64,000 nucleotides of DNA from Candidatus Onthovivens sp. (GTDB lineage: Bacteria; Bacillota_I; Bacilli_A; RFN20; CAG-826), in assembly GCA_035270825.1 (NCBI GenBank), contig DATESL010000004.1:54712-118711 (forward strand). The letters are read 5' to 3'. Shown in pieces: positions 49,962 to 60,971 of the stretch (position 1 is the first letter of the stretch; every line of letters starts with the position of its first letter). The position numbers and the translations under genes are program-made. Below the pieces are notes generated by a model that was given only the letters and a program-made list of their open reading frames with translations, was not told the origin of the DNA and did no database searches.

Positions 49962-50450
49962 TTATTTAAAGGAAATAATCTTAATATTGTATGGTTTTAA
50001 GACTTTGACAGTTACTTCGTCTCCGACTTTTGAACCAACTAAGGCTGTACCTAATGCGCAGACGTTAGAAATTTTGACAATTTGATTTGGATCATCAACT
50101 AAAGGGTTACTTTCAATTGAGGAAACGATTTTAACTTTTTCAATTTTATTAGTATCAAGTCTTTCAAATTCAACTGTATTTGAAATGTTAATGACTTTAG
50201 CTTTCTTTTCTTCCTTAACGGTCTTAGCAACTGCAATAATGTTTTCGATTTCCTTGATTCTTCCTTCGATACTTGCTTGTCTATTTCTAGCAGCATCATA
50301 GTCAGCATTTTCACTTAAATCCCCATTAGCACGAGCATTTTGTAATTGTTCAATAACATCAGGTCTCTCAATATCGATTAAATTTCTTAGCTCTTTATCT
50401 AAATCTGCACGACCTTCTTCTGTTAATAATATTTCTTTATTTGTTGGCAT
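49962..50450 (-). CDS. greA: Transcription elongation factor GreA.
   Basis: N-terminal coiled coil with acidic tip (LTEEGRADLDKELRNLI...DLSENADYDAA). C-terminal FKBP-like domain. Confidence 0.9.
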   Translation of the reverse strand: MPTNKEILLTEEGRADLDKELRNLIDIERPDVIEQLQNARANGDLSENADYDAARNRQASIEGRIKEIENIIAVAKTVKEEKKAKVINISNTVEFERLDTNKIEKVKIVSSIESNPLVDDPNQIVKISNVCALGTALVGSKVGDEVTVKVLKPYNIKIISFK

Positions 50451-50506
50451 ATTTTTCTCCTATACATTCAATTCATTATTCTACATTTTTATAAGTAAAA
50501 TATCAA

Positions 50507-50776
50507 TTATTCTTTTATTTCTTGAATTTGTGGGTCTTCGTTGTAAGCTTCTAAAACTTCTTCAACTTCAGCCATTTCATCCTCGTCTTCGATGTATTCT
50601 AATTCATGATTATCATTGTATTTCATACAATAGACTTCTTCTTCATTTTCATCAGAATAAATATAGACGTATTCTGTGTTTCTTTGTTCATTTACAAAGG
50701 TAAATAAGATATTAAATAAATATTCATTTCCCTCATCATCTTTAATCACGATTTGATTGTCTTTAATTGGTTCCAT
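50507..50776 (-). CDS. DUF1292-family small acidic protein (YrzB-like).
   Basis: IVIKDDEGNEYLFNILFTF...YVYIY...EEV pattern. Conserved neighbour of ruvX/alaS in Firmicutes. Confidence 0.6.
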   Translation of the reverse strand: MEPIKDNQIVIKDDEGNEYLFNILFTFVNEQRNTEYVYIYSDENEEEVYCMKYNDNHELEYIEDEDEMAEVEEVLEAYNEDPQIQEIKE

Positions 50777-51194
50777 TTTTTATACTCCTTAAATAGTCTT
50801 CTAAAATAACAAATGCGCTCATCATGTCAATTCTTTTCTTGATTTCATCTTTTTTTAAACCCATTTCCTCAAGTCTTTCTCTTGCTTCTATGGTTGAATA
50901 AGATTCATCAAAAAATATAACTTTAAGATTATCCATTTCTTTTTGTAGATCTTCAATGAATCGACGAACCGATTTACATCTTTCGCCCTCTTCTCGATCA
51001 ATTTGTAAAGGTAATCCTATAACAATATTATAGATTTGTTCTCTATTAATCAATTCAATTAAATGAATTCTCGCCTTTTTATAGTTTCCTCTTTCAAAGT
51101 TATAGTTTTCTTTATTGTGAACAATTCCCAAAGAATCACTTACTACTATTCCAAGTGAATTTGTTCCTAGATCTAATCCTATATATTTATTCAT
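50763..51194 (-). CDS. ruvX: Putative pre-16S rRNA nuclease / Holliday junction resolvase-like YqgF (RuvX).
   Basis: IGLDLGTNSLGIVVSD with an RNase H-like fold. Position immediately downstream of alaS. Confidence 0.85.
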   Translation of the reverse strand: MNKYIGLDLGTNSLGIVVSDSLGIVHNKENYNFERGNYKKARIHLIELINREQIYNIVIGLPLQIDREEGERCKSVRRFIEDLQKEMDNLKVIFFDESYSTIEARERLEEMGLKKDEIKKRIDMMSAFVILEDYLRSIKNGTN

Positions 51195-53791
51195 TAAAGT
51201 AATTCTTTCCTCACTTTATCAATTAAATCAACATTAGTAACATTTCCTTGAGCAAGATCTGGTTTACCACCACCATTACCACCTAAGATGCTTGTGACCT
51301 TTTTCATTAAGTCGCCAGCTTTAATTCCTTTGGCTGTTAAATCTTTACCAACTGAAATAACACATGGTTTCTTATTATCCTCTTCACCTACTAATACTAC
51401 TATAAAATTACTATTTAATAACTTTATTTCATCTATTATGTAGATAAGTAAATCTTTGGAAGCTCCTGACACATACTCAATGATAGTTTTATGATCGCCT
51501 TTTGTGACTGCTTTTTGTTTTAAAATATCAGCTTTAATCTTAGCAATATCACTCATTTGTTGTTTAATAACCCCTTCAAGAATTTTTGTTTTCTCAATTT
51601 GAGAATTGATTTTCAATGTTACATCTTGAATGGTTTTAGCATCCAATAAATTCCTAGCTTCATTTAAAACATCAATCTTTTTGTGTAAGTAATTATAAGC
51701 ATTTAAAGATGTTTTAGCTTCAATTCTTCTGATGCCACTTGCAATACTCTCCTCACTTACAATTGTAAATATTCCAATATCAGAGGTATTTTTAACGTGT
51801 GATCCACCGCAGAATTCCTTAGAAACATCGCCAAATGAAACAACTCGAACCGATTTACCATATTTTTCATCAAATAAACATAAAGCACCTGTTTTAAGAG
51901 CTTCTTCAATTGGTAAATCCTGTGTATCGTTTTCTAAAGCGTCATTAATGTACTCATTTACTAATCTTTCAACTTTGTTTAAATCCTTATAAGATATTTT
52001 TTCAAAATATGAGAAATCAAATCTGAGATATTCATCAGAAACAAAACTACCTTTTTGCTCAACTGTGTTGCCTAAAACATTAATTAAAGCTTTTTGTAAT
52101 AAATGGGTAGCACTATGATTTTTTACGATAGCATCATGTTTTTTGTGATCAATAGAAAGATCAACAACATCATTTTCTTTTAAAACCCCATAAAGAACTT
52201 CAATATGATGTAAATGTTGTTTATTAGGTGCAATCCCAACGTATGTAACATTAGCAAGACTATCACCTGTTTTAATAGTTCCGGTATCAGCAATTTGTCC
52301 GCCCATTTCAGCATAAAATGGAGTAATATCAAACATCACATCACCCTCATCCTCTAATTGAGCAACTCTTTCACCATCTTTAAATAAACCAATTATCTTA
52401 GATTTTCTATCGCTTGCACCATAATCAAAAGTACTCCTAGTATCAAAATCTAATAAGTCTTTACTTTGTTTTGAGAAAGTATCAATATTCTTACGATTGT
52501 TTCTAGCCAGTTCTCTTTGTTTATTCAAACAAACCTTAAAACCATCAAGATCAACACTTACATTTGATTCTTCACAAATCTCAGAAGTTAATTCAATTGG
52601 AAAACCAAAAGTATCATATAATTTAAAAGCGTCTTCTCCAGATAATGAACTTTTTCCTTTAATCATAGATTCAAGAATTAATTCACCACTATTCAAAGTT
52701 TTCAAAAACTTAACTTCTTCTGATTTAATAATATTTTGAATATATTCGTTCTTTTCAATAATATATGGATAAAATTCCTTCATTGCATCAATTACGCTTG
52801 GAACTAATTTGTAAAGAAATGGTTCATGAGTGCCGAGTTTTTTTCCATATTTCATTGCTCTTCTTAACAACCTACGAAGAACATAACCTCTTCCTTCATT
52901 AGAAAAGGTTGCCCCATCAGCCAAAGCAAAAACACATGATCTAGCATGATCAGCAATCACTCTAAAAGCCATTAAATTTTCACCACTATATCCTTTTCCA
53001 GTAATTTCTTCAATTTGTTTAATAATTGGCATGAATAAATCGGTTTCAAAATTTGTTTCTGTTTCTTGAATAATACAAGCAAATCTTTCTAAACCTCCGC
53101 CAGTATCAATGTTTTTATGAGGTAACTCTTTGTAATTTTTACGTTCAACACCTGCTTGAGCATTAAATTGAGAAAAAACAATATTCCAAATTTCCACATA
53201 TCTTTCGTTATCAATATCATTAATTAGAAGATCTAAACCTATATTTTCTTTATCATATTTTTCACCACGATCAAAAAATATCTCTGTATCTGGTCCAGAA
53301 GGTCCTTCACCAATTTCCCAAAAGTTGCCTTCATTAGGAATCAAATGTGATTCTTCTACTCCTTGCTTTAACCAAAGTTTTTTAGTATCAAGGTCATCAG
53401 GATAGTAAGTAATATAAAGTTTATCTTTATCTAATCCAAAGTATTTTTCATCAGTCAAAATCGTAAAAGCCCATGGAATAATTTCTTCGCGAAAATAATC
53501 ACCAATTGAAAAGTTGCCAACCATTTCAAAGAAAGTATGGTGGCGAGCTGTTTTTCCAACATTTTCAATATCGTTAGTTCTTATTGATTTTTGAATATTA
53601 ACAATTCTTCTTGATTCAGGAATTTCACTTCCATCAAAATATTTTTTCAAAGCTGAAACTCCAGCATTAATCCATAATAAACTTGGATCGTTATGAGGAA
53701 CTAAACTAGCTCCTGGTTCGACCATATGTCCTCTTTCTTTAAAGAAATTTAGCCATGTATTTCTAATTTCTTGTGAACTCATTTTCTTCAT
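51194..53791 (-). CDS. alaS: Alanine--tRNA ligase.
   Basis: 865 aa. Class II catalytic core, editing-domain HxxxH...CGG (HSATHLL...FCGGSHV), C-terminal DHHA1. Confidence 0.95.
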   Translation of the reverse strand: MKKMSSQEIRNTWLNFFKERGHMVEPGASLVPHNDPSLLWINAGVSALKKYFDGSEIPESRRIVNIQKSIRTNDIENVGKTARHHTFFEMVGNFSIGDYFREEIIPWAFTILTDEKYFGLDKDKLYITYYPDDLDTKKLWLKQGVEESHLIPNEGNFWEIGEGPSGPDTEIFFDRGEKYDKENIGLDLLINDIDNERYVEIWNIVFSQFNAQAGVERKNYKELPHKNIDTGGGLERFACIIQETETNFETDLFMPIIKQIEEITGKGYSGENLMAFRVIADHARSCVFALADGATFSNEGRGYVLRRLLRRAMKYGKKLGTHEPFLYKLVPSVIDAMKEFYPYIIEKNEYIQNIIKSEEVKFLKTLNSGELILESMIKGKSSLSGEDAFKLYDTFGFPIELTSEICEESNVSVDLDGFKVCLNKQRELARNNRKNIDTFSKQSKDLLDFDTRSTFDYGASDRKSKIIGLFKDGERVAQLEDEGDVMFDITPFYAEMGGQIADTGTIKTGDSLANVTYVGIAPNKQHLHHIEVLYGVLKENDVVDLSIDHKKHDAIVKNHSATHLLQKALINVLGNTVEQKGSFVSDEYLRFDFSYFEKISYKDLNKVERLVNEYINDALENDTQDLPIEEALKTGALCLFDEKYGKSVRVVSFGDVSKEFCGGSHVKNTSDIGIFTIVSEESIASGIRRIEAKTSLNAYNYLHKKIDVLNEARNLLDAKTIQDVTLKINSQIEKTKILEGVIKQQMSDIAKIKADILKQKAVTKGDHKTIIEYVSGASKDLLIYIIDEIKLLNSNFIVVLVGEEDNKKPCVISVGKDLTAKGIKAGDLMKKVTSILGGNGGGKPDLAQGNVTNVDLIDKVRKELL

Positions 53792-53799
53792 ATTTTTCT

Positions 53800-54020
53800 C
53801 CTTAAAAATAAAAAAACCTAAACAATAGTTTAGGAACGATGTTATCGCGGTACCATCCTAATTCAAATAGAATTTGCTCTTAATTGATGTAGTTTTAAGT
53901 AATTTTAATCTATGAGAATGGCCTGATTAATTCAATATTAGACATTTTCACCGTTTAGTCCTCTCTAAAAATATTAAGTTTAATCTTCTTTTCTACCTAA
54001 TAATTATATTTTAATTCACT
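53800..54020 (-). ncRNA. T-box riboswitch leader (alanine specifier) upstream of alaS, with an intrinsic terminator at its 3' end.
   Basis: On the minus strand there is an AGAGAGGA AG-bulge, a GGUGAAA distal-loop motif, a candidate specifier GCC followed by A, and the T-box sequence AATTAGGATGGTACCGCG (plus coordinates 53856..53873). The terminator cctaaac-tatt-gtttagg-T7 lies at plus 53821..53844. Confidence 0.75.
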
Positions 54021-54023
54021 ATT

Positions 54024-54596
54024 TTATTCAAGTCTAACTTTGAAAAGTAATAAATAGATTGAACGCCCAATTCCATAAAATACAATTATTGAATTTAAAG
54101 CAATAAAACCAAAAACATTATTGAAAAACAACGAATTATAAAGAGAAGGATCAAAAATTTCGTTAAAATTAAGTGTACCGATGTTGATTAATAAAAATGA
54201 TTGAGGTTCATATAAAATTCCTATCAAAGAAAGAATAAAAAGAAGTGTTGAGAGAGGAAATAAGATCTTTCTGCGATAAGAAAGAATCATGAAAATCATC
54301 CCAATTGCTGAAATAATTAAACAAATAAAAGCCAAGTAATCGAATTTAAAATAAATAGTTCTCGTAAGTGATTCGATTATTTGATAATCGCCCTCAATAA
54401 TTAATCCACGATAAACAGTCACATTTCCACCCATTATAGCAACGTGCCCTGAAAGGAAAGTTGTTAAGCCAGCATGACTTGAACCAATATTAACATTAAA
54501 AGCCTTTGCCTCAATAATAAAGAGTGCTAAAACAGCACAAATATATGTGAATACTATGCCAATTGAGATGAATAATCTTGTATATTTTCTTTTCAT
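54024..54596 (-). CDS. Hypothetical polytopic membrane protein (190 aa).
   Basis: 4-5 hydrophobic helices and no recognisable motif. Confidence 0.35.
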   Translation of the reverse strand: MKRKYTRLFISIGIVFTYICAVLALFIIEAKAFNVNIGSSHAGLTTFLSGHVAIMGGNVTVYRGLIIEGDYQIIESLTRTIYFKFDYLAFICLIISAIGMIFMILSYRRKILFPLSTLLFILSLIGILYEPQSFLLINIGTLNFNEIFDPSLYNSLFFNNVFGFIALNSIIVFYGIGRSIYLLLFKVRLE

Positions 54597-54599
54597 AAG

Positions 54600-55727
54600 T
54601 TATTTTATTGTACCTTTATAATAAATTTTGTCAATGATCCCTCCACCAAGACACTTATCTTCTTCGTAAAAAACACAAGCTTGCCCTGGAGTAATTGCAC
54701 TATATTCACCAAGAAATTCTAATCTTATATCACCATTTTCAAGATTAAATACTTTTACTTTTTGATCCGTTTGACGATATCTAAACTTAGCACTGATAAT
54801 TTTTCCATCATCAATTTGACCATTGAAGAGATTAACTTGATTAATAATCGCCTCATCACTTAATAAAGTGGTATCAAATTTATCAGCTGTAACATATAAA
54901 ATATTATTTTGAACATCTTTTTTACAAACAAACCACCCAGAAGCATCCAATCCATGAATCCCCCCAACACCTAAACCTCTTCTTTGCCCTAAAGTGTAAT
55001 AAAGCACTCCATCATGAGTTCCAATTTTCTTATTAGTCTTTATATCAACAATATCCCCTTGTTTGGCTGGAATATAGTTCTTTAAAAATTCCTTAAAATT
55101 TCTTTCGCCAATAAAACATACGCCTGTAGAATCTTTTTTATCCTGAACTGAATCTAAATTTAACTTTTTAGCAATCTCACGAACTTCTTTTTTTGTTAAA
55201 TCGCCTAAAGGAAAAAGCGTTTTAGAGAGTTGTTCTTGAGAAATTTGTGATAAAAAATAACTTTGATCTTTATTTAAATCAGTTGCTTTATATAAGTAAG
55301 ATTTTCCATCTACCACCTTCTTTTTAGCATAATGCCCCATTGCTATCATTTGACACCCATTTTTCAGAGCAAATTCAAGAAATGGCTTAAATTTAATGTA
55401 CTTATTACAAAAAATATCTGGATTAGGTGTTCGACCCTTTTTATATTCTTCAATAAAATAAGAGAATACATAGTCCCAATATTCCTTAACAAAATCAATT
55501 CTAAGTAAAGGTAAATCTAATTTTTTAGCAACTTCCATTGCATCATAATAGTCCTTTTCTTGCGGACACATATCTTCTTCTAATGTTGGATTCCCTAAAA
55601 AATCATTATTAGCCATTGAATCCCAGTTACGCATAAAACAACAAACAACCTCATATCCTTCTTCTTTTAATAAATAAGCTGCTATAGCGCTATCAACGCC
55701 ACCGCTTAAGCCAACCATTACTTTCAT
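54600..55727 (-). CDS. mnmA: tRNA-specific 2-thiouridylase MnmA.
   Basis: [16 protein letters not shown] (PP-loop SGGxDS), catalytic Cys motifs, C-terminal barrel. Confidence 0.9.
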   Translation of the reverse strand: MKVMVGLSGGVDSAIAAYLLKEEGYEVVCCFMRNWDSMANNDFLGNPTLEEDMCPQEKDYYDAMEVAKKLDLPLLRIDFVKEYWDYVFSYFIEEYKKGRTPNPDIFCNKYIKFKPFLEFALKNGCQMIAMGHYAKKKVVDGKSYLYKATDLNKDQSYFLSQISQEQLSKTLFPLGDLTKKEVREIAKKLNLDSVQDKKDSTGVCFIGERNFKEFLKNYIPAKQGDIVDIKTNKKIGTHDGVLYYTLGQRRGLGVGGIHGLDASGWFVCKKDVQNNILYVTADKFDTTLLSDEAIINQVNLFNGQIDDGKIISAKFRYRQTDQKVKVFNLENGDIRLEFLGEYSAITPGQACVFYEEDKCLGGGIIDKIYYKGTIK

Positions 55728-56176
55728 TTTAAAATCTCCTTTGAATCTAAAATTAAAGTAAAAGGTCCATCGTTAACCAAATTAACTTTCATATCAGCAC
55801 CAAAAACACCAGTTTTAACAACAAACCCAAGTGATCTTAATGTTTCATTAAAGTATTCATAAAGCTCATTGGCTTTATGAGGCTCCATTGCTTGTAAAAA
55901 ATCTGGTCGATTACCTTTACTAGCATTAGCATATAAAGTAAATTGAGAAACACTAAGAATTTCTCCATTAATATCTTTTAAAGACAAATTGGTTTTGCCA
56001 TTCTCATCTTCAAATATTCTTAATTTAGCAACTTTCTCAGCAAGTTTACGGACAATTTCTTCATTATCATCCTGAGTTAGACCAACAAAAAGAAGAAATC
56101 CACGTTTGATTTCACTCCCTTGCTTGGTATCGATGCTAATATTTGCATTTAAAACATTTTGAATAACAATTTTCAT
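55724..56176 (-). CDS. dtd: D-aminoacyl-tRNA deacylase (likely start MKIVIQ; track ORF is longer).
   Basis: MKIVIQNV... and the C-terminal SQFTLYA...NGPFT motif are characteristic of Dtd. ~150 aa. Confidence 0.85.
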   Translation of the reverse strand: MKIVIQNVLNANISIDTKQGSEIKRGFLLFVGLTQDDNEEIVRKLAEKVAKLRIFEDENGKTNLSLKDINGEILSVSQFTLYANASKGNRPDFLQAMEPHKANELYEYFNETLRSLGFVVKTGVFGADMKVNLVNDGPFTLILDSKEILK

Positions 56177-56237
56177 CAACAATAATATACAATAAAAGTC
56201 TCTTTTTTTATACATAAATATATAAAAAATAACTTCT

Positions 56238-57524
56238 TTGAGATATAATAAACATATGTTACAACCATTAGCTTATCGCGTTAGACCTAAAAAAATTGAT
56301 GATGTTGTGGGTCAAAATCATATTCTTGGTGAAAACAAGATCTTAAGGAATTCAATTAATGTTAAAACTCCTTTATCTTTTATTTTGTTTGGTCCTCCAG
56401 GAACCGGAAAAACTACTATTGCTGAAGTTTATGCTAATGAATTAAATGCAAATTATATTAAATTGAATGCTGTTACTTCCAATAAAAAAGACTTAGAAAA
56501 CGCTATTAACAGTGCTAAAAATAATTATCCAACAATCTTATTAATAGATGAGGTACATCGTATTAATAAGGATAAACAAGATATTTTACTACCATTTATT
56601 GAAGATGGAACAATCTTTTTGATTGGAGCCACTACTTCTAATCCTTATATTTCGATTAATAAAGCAATTCGAAGTAGATGTCATCTTTTAGAAGTGAAAA
56701 AAATTACTCAAGATGATATGGTTTTAGGAATTAAAAGAGTCTTAAAAATTGATAAGAATTTAGTTAATTTTAAGATTGATGAAGAATCACTTCATTATAT
56801 TTCACACGCCAGTGGCGGTGATTTTCGTTTTGCCTTAAACTTTATTGAAATATTAAATATGTCTTTTGTTAACCAATCTGTTACTTTAGAAATGACGAAA
56901 TCAATTCTCCAAATCCCAAATTATATTGGCGATAAAGACGATGATGATCATTATGATGCTGTAAGTGCTCTTCAAAAATCAATTAGGGGAAGCGATGTTG
57001 ATGCAGCCCTTTATTATGCTGCTAGACTCTGTTTAATCGGTGATTTAGATAGTCTTTATCGCCGTCTTTTAGTGACTGCTTATGAAGATGTTGGTATTGC
57101 TAATCCAGCAGCAGCTATGAGAACTAAAATTGCGATTGAATCAGCAGAAATGGTCGGTTTACCTGAAGCAATCATTCCACTTAGTGTAGCAATTGTTGAT
57201 CTTTGTTTATCACCAAAATCCAAAGCAGCCGAGGTTAGTATGGGAAATGCTATGTCTTTAGCTCAAAAAATGCCACTTCCCGTTATGGATTATTTGAAAT
57301 ATACGCCTGTAAATGCCCTCGAAGAAGATAAATATCCCTATGATATTGCAGAAATTTGGCCACATTTACAATACCTTCCGGAGTTAATAAAAAATGAAAA
57401 GATTTTTGAATATAATAAAAATGCTTCCTCACAATATGAGAAAGCATTAATGGATAATTATCAAAAAATAAATTCGGTAAGTAGATCTAATAATTTACGC
57501 GAACTTAGAAAAAAGTACAAATAA
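56238..57524 (+). CDS. rarA: Replication-associated recombination protein A (RarA/MgsA, AAA+ ATPase).
   Basis: [29 protein letters not shown] (Walker A), LLIDEVHR (Walker B), sensor and C-terminal MgsA domain. Confidence 0.85.
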   Translation: MRYNKHMLQPLAYRVRPKKIDDVVGQNHILGENKILRNSINVKTPLSFILFGPPGTGKTTIAEVYANELNANYIKLNAVTSNKKDLENAINSAKNNYPTILLIDEVHRINKDKQDILLPFIEDGTIFLIGATTSNPYISINKAIRSRCHLLEVKKITQDDMVLGIKRVLKIDKNLVNFKIDEESLHYISHASGGDFRFALNFIEILNMSFVNQSVTLEMTKSILQIPNYIGDKDDDDHYDAVSALQKSIRGSDVDAALYYAARLCLIGDLDSLYRRLLVTAYEDVGIANPAAAMRTKIAIESAEMVGLPEAIIPLSVAIVDLCLSPKSKAAEVSMGNAMSLAQKMPLPVMDYLKYTPVNALEEDKYPYDIAEIWPHLQYLPELIKNEKIFEYNKNASSQYEKALMDNYQKINSVSRSNNLRELRKKYK

Positions 57525-57547
57525 ACTATAAAACTACTAAATATATA

Positions 57548-58849
57548 CTATTTAATTACTGAATGAGTTGAGTCATCGACGATGATTTCTTTTTCAGAGA
57601 ATTTATAAGCGCTGTATACATCATCAATTATATGATCATAATGATCTTTATTAGTATATAAAGTACAAAGCAAATCGCCTTTTTTAACATAATCGCCAAT
57701 CTTATGATTGAGTAATACACCAGCAGACATATCAATAACATCACTTAAGGATTCTCTTCCACCGCCCAAATGCATCGAAGCTTTACCTATTGTTAAAGCG
57801 TCTAGTGCTTCTATATAACCATCTTCTTTACTTTTAATCTCAATAATATTTTTAGAGATTTCAAATTTCTCAGGATTATCAATATATGAAATATCTCCGC
57901 CTTGAGCAATAACAAATTGTCTAAATTTTTCAAATGCTTTACCGTTCTTGATGTTTTCAATTACTTTTTCTCTAGCAACATTAAAATCAGCAAATTTATG
58001 AGCACTTAAAAGCATTTCAGCAGAACTATCAATGCAAAGCTTCATAAAATCTTTTGGTCCATTACCATGCAATGATTCAATAGCCTCCTTAACTTCTAAA
58101 CTGTTACCAACTGCATAACCTAAAGGTTCTGACATCTTAGTAATTTCAGCCTTTACGTCTTTATTGAGTGCTTTTCCTAAATCAACCATCGTTTTAGCAA
58201 GTAATAGTGCCTCATCATATGATTTCATAAATGCGCCTGTTCCGTATTTAACATCTAAAAGAATTGAATCTGCGCCACTAGCTAACTTCTTTGACATAAT
58301 CGAACTTGCAATCAAAGGAATTGAAGAAACAGTTCCTGTCACGTCTCTAAGAGCATATAAACTCTTATCAGCAGGATTAATTTCTTTATCTTGCCCAATT
58401 AAAGCAAAGTTAATAGCTAAAAGTTGTTTTTTAAATTGTTGATAGTTTAAAAAGATATTAAACCCTGGAATGGCCTCTAGTTTATCTAAAGTTCCCCCGG
58501 TGTGTCCTAAGCCTCTTCCACTCATTTTAGCCACTGGGACGTCAAATGAAGCCACTATCGGCCCAACTACTAATGAAACTTTATCACCAACTCCACCTGT
58601 GGAGTGTTTATCGACTTTAATACCAGGAATATCACTTAAATCCCAAACTTCTCCTGAGACTCTCATTACTTCAGTTAAATCAGCAATTTCTTGCGTATTC
58701 ATCCCGTTTATCTTAATAGCCATTAAAAGTGCACTGGCTTGATAATCCTTGATTTTATCAGTTAAATAACCGGTAATAAAAAAATCTAATTCATCTTTGG
58801 AAAGAACGCCATTTTCGGATTTCTTTTCAATAATATCTATAATATTCAT
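57548..58849 (-). CDS. pdp: Pyrimidine-nucleoside (thymidine) phosphorylase.
   Basis: 433 aa. DKHSTGGVGDK phosphate-binding motif, glycosyltransferase family 3 fold. Confidence 0.9.
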   Translation of the reverse strand: MNIIDIIEKKSENGVLSKDELDFFITGYLTDKIKDYQASALLMAIKINGMNTQEIADLTEVMRVSGEVWDLSDIPGIKVDKHSTGGVGDKVSLVVGPIVASFDVPVAKMSGRGLGHTGGTLDKLEAIPGFNIFLNYQQFKKQLLAINFALIGQDKEINPADKSLYALRDVTGTVSSIPLIASSIMSKKLASGADSILLDVKYGTGAFMKSYDEALLLAKTMVDLGKALNKDVKAEITKMSEPLGYAVGNSLEVKEAIESLHGNGPKDFMKLCIDSSAEMLLSAHKFADFNVAREKVIENIKNGKAFEKFRQFVIAQGGDISYIDNPEKFEISKNIIEIKSKEDGYIEALDALTIGKASMHLGGGRESLSDVIDMSAGVLLNHKIGDYVKKGDLLCTLYTNKDHYDHIIDDVYSAYKFSEKEIIVDDSTHSVIK

Positions 58850-58944
58850 ACTTCACCTCTTATGTTAAATATTTTATCATAAATTTTAGCGATATATAAG
58901 TATTTGCTAGTAAAGAGGCTTATTTTTCTTTAATATTATTTTAT

Positions 58945-60228
58945 ATGGAATTTTATGAACATTTAAGCAAACATTTACCATCTAATGTTGTTAAAAAACT
59001 TCAAGAGGCTCTTGATGAAAATAGAACTACTTCTCTTGTTTTAAACACTGCTAAATATCCTCTTAATGACTTTATAAGAGACTATCCTCAAGTTACTCCT
59101 CACTCCATTTTAGAAAATGTTTTTTATTATAATAAAGAAGACTATGATTTTGGAAAATCTGATTTGTTTGATCATGGTGCAATTTATATCATGGATACCT
59201 CAAGTATGCTCTCTTCTTATTTTTTAAATATTCAAAAAAATGATTTGATTCTTGATATGTGTGCTGCTCCAGGAGGAAAAACAATTTTTTCAATATTACA
59301 AAATCCTAATATCAATATTGTTGCAAATGATATCTCTTACCAAAGAGCTTTAACTTTATCTTCTAATATTGAAAAAATTGGTCGTGAAAACGTAATGGTA
59401 ACCTCACTTGATTTGCTAGCAAATCCCCATATATTTACAAAATCATTTGATAAAATTATCTTAGATGCGCCTTGTTCTGGTAGTGCAATGTTTCGTAAAA
59501 ATAATTTAATGAAAGATGATTGGTCCTATGAAAAGGTTTTAAAACTAGCTAAACTCCAAAAAGATCTCTTAAATCATGCTTTAACTCTGTTAAAAGATGG
59601 TGGTGAGCTGATTTACTCAACTTGTTCTTTTTCTTATGAAGAAAACGAGGGAGTGATTTTAGATATTTTAGAAAAACATAATAACGTCAAGGTAATCAAT
59701 ATTCCTGATAATGAATCATTTTATCGTTCAAAAGAATTAAAAGAAGCCATTCATCTCTTTCCTTATTTATATCGCGGGGAAGGACAATTTATATGTCATT
59801 TAAAAAAGAATGGAATTCCTTCTTATTCTCAACAAAAAAATAAATTCAAATCATTTACTCATCAATCCACAAAAGATTTTAATTTAAACTTTAAATACTA
59901 TGAATTAATAAAAGATAAGATTTATGGTTTTAATTTCCTTTTTCCAGAAGTGAGTTGTGGTGTTATACGAAAGGGTTTAGAAGTTGCTATTATTAAAAAG
60001 AATTACTATCTTCCAAGTTTTGCTCTTGCTCACTATTTATCACCTCTAAACTCTATTATCTTAAGTAATGATGAATATTTAAAATATAAGCACGGCGAGG
60101 ATTTAACGACCACTTCAAAAGAAAAAAACGGATTTTACACCGTTTCTTATAATAATATTAACTTGGGTTTTGTCAAAAAAGTTGATAATAAGTTAAAGAA
60201 TCTTTATCCTAAAGGTCTTCGACATTAA
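58945..60228 (+). CDS. rRNA cytosine-C5 methyltransferase, NOL1/NOP2/Sun family (RsmF/RsmB-like).
   Basis: LDMCAAPGGKT (SAM motif I), DAPCSGS (motif IV, PC), YSTCS (motif VI, TC). Confidence 0.75.
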   Translation: MEFYEHLSKHLPSNVVKKLQEALDENRTTSLVLNTAKYPLNDFIRDYPQVTPHSILENVFYYNKEDYDFGKSDLFDHGAIYIMDTSSMLSSYFLNIQKNDLILDMCAAPGGKTIFSILQNPNINIVANDISYQRALTLSSNIEKIGRENVMVTSLDLLANPHIFTKSFDKIILDAPCSGSAMFRKNNLMKDDWSYEKVLKLAKLQKDLLNHALTLLKDGGELIYSTCSFSYEENEGVILDILEKHNNVKVINIPDNESFYRSKELKEAIHLFPYLYRGEGQFICHLKKNGIPSYSQQKNKFKSFTHQSTKDFNLNFKYYELIKDKIYGFNFLFPEVSCGVIRKGLEVAIIKKNYYLPSFALAHYLSPLNSIILSNDEYLKYKHGEDLTTTSKEKNGFYTVSYNNINLGFVKKVDNKLKNLYPKGLRH

Positions 60229-60971
60229 AGATTTTTAACTTTTTCTTTTAACACATTTAATTCTTTTTCGGTCGCATCACGAATTGTTTCAGCAACTTCT
60301 ACTGTCGACATATCTTTATAATCATCGTAAGTTAAAGTCCCTAAATGTTTAAAATAGATTTTGTTTTTTAATTTATTAGATTTCATCGATAAGATCTTAT
60401 GACTATCTAGTTGATAGAAATATTCAATATTAGCTTTTGTTTTAGTAGCGTTTTTAAACGAGCCATAATGGTATTCTAATAATAAACTATAGGGATCTCG
60501 ATTTCGAGTTCCTTCCGGAAAAATAATTACATCACGAGGAGTCTCACTATTAAGAAAGTCTTCAATTTTTTTCATTGTACGAAAACTTTGCTTTAAATCA
60601 GAGCGGTCAATAAACATTCCATCAATAATTCTAATAATCCTTCCAACCATGAAAAATTTACGAGATTCAATTTTTGAAATAAATGTTAATGGACGAGAAT
60701 TTTCAACGATAAAGATAACAGGATCAACAAAACTTGTATGGTTACAAACAAAGAGAGCATTTTTTCTAAACTCTTTAGTTTTGTAAAATGCATCTTTATC
60801 ATATTCAATGCCAAAGTATTTAACAAAAAGTTGGCAGAGTCGACGAACTCTTTTCCATCTTAGTTCAAGTGGATATTTATCAACATTCATTGAATATGGT
60901 AAAATCCAGCGAAAATAGGACCAGCAAAAATACGGAACTAAGAAAAAAATTGCCTTTAACCACTTTATCAT
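60225..60971 (-). CDS. plsC: 1-acyl-sn-glycerol-3-phosphate acyltransferase.
   Basis: FVCNHTSFVDPV (HxxxxD acyltransferase motif) and FPEGTR. Confidence 0.75.
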   Translation of the reverse strand: MIKWLKAIFFLVPYFCWSYFRWILPYSMNVDKYPLELRWKRVRRLCQLFVKYFGIEYDKDAFYKTKEFRKNALFVCNHTSFVDPVIFIVENSRPLTFISKIESRKFFMVGRIIRIIDGMFIDRSDLKQSFRTMKKIEDFLNSETPRDVIIFPEGTRNRDPYSLLLEYHYGSFKNATKTKANIEYFYQLDSHKILSMKSNKLKNKIYFKHLGTLTYDDYKDMSTVEVAETIRDATEKELNVLKEKVKNL

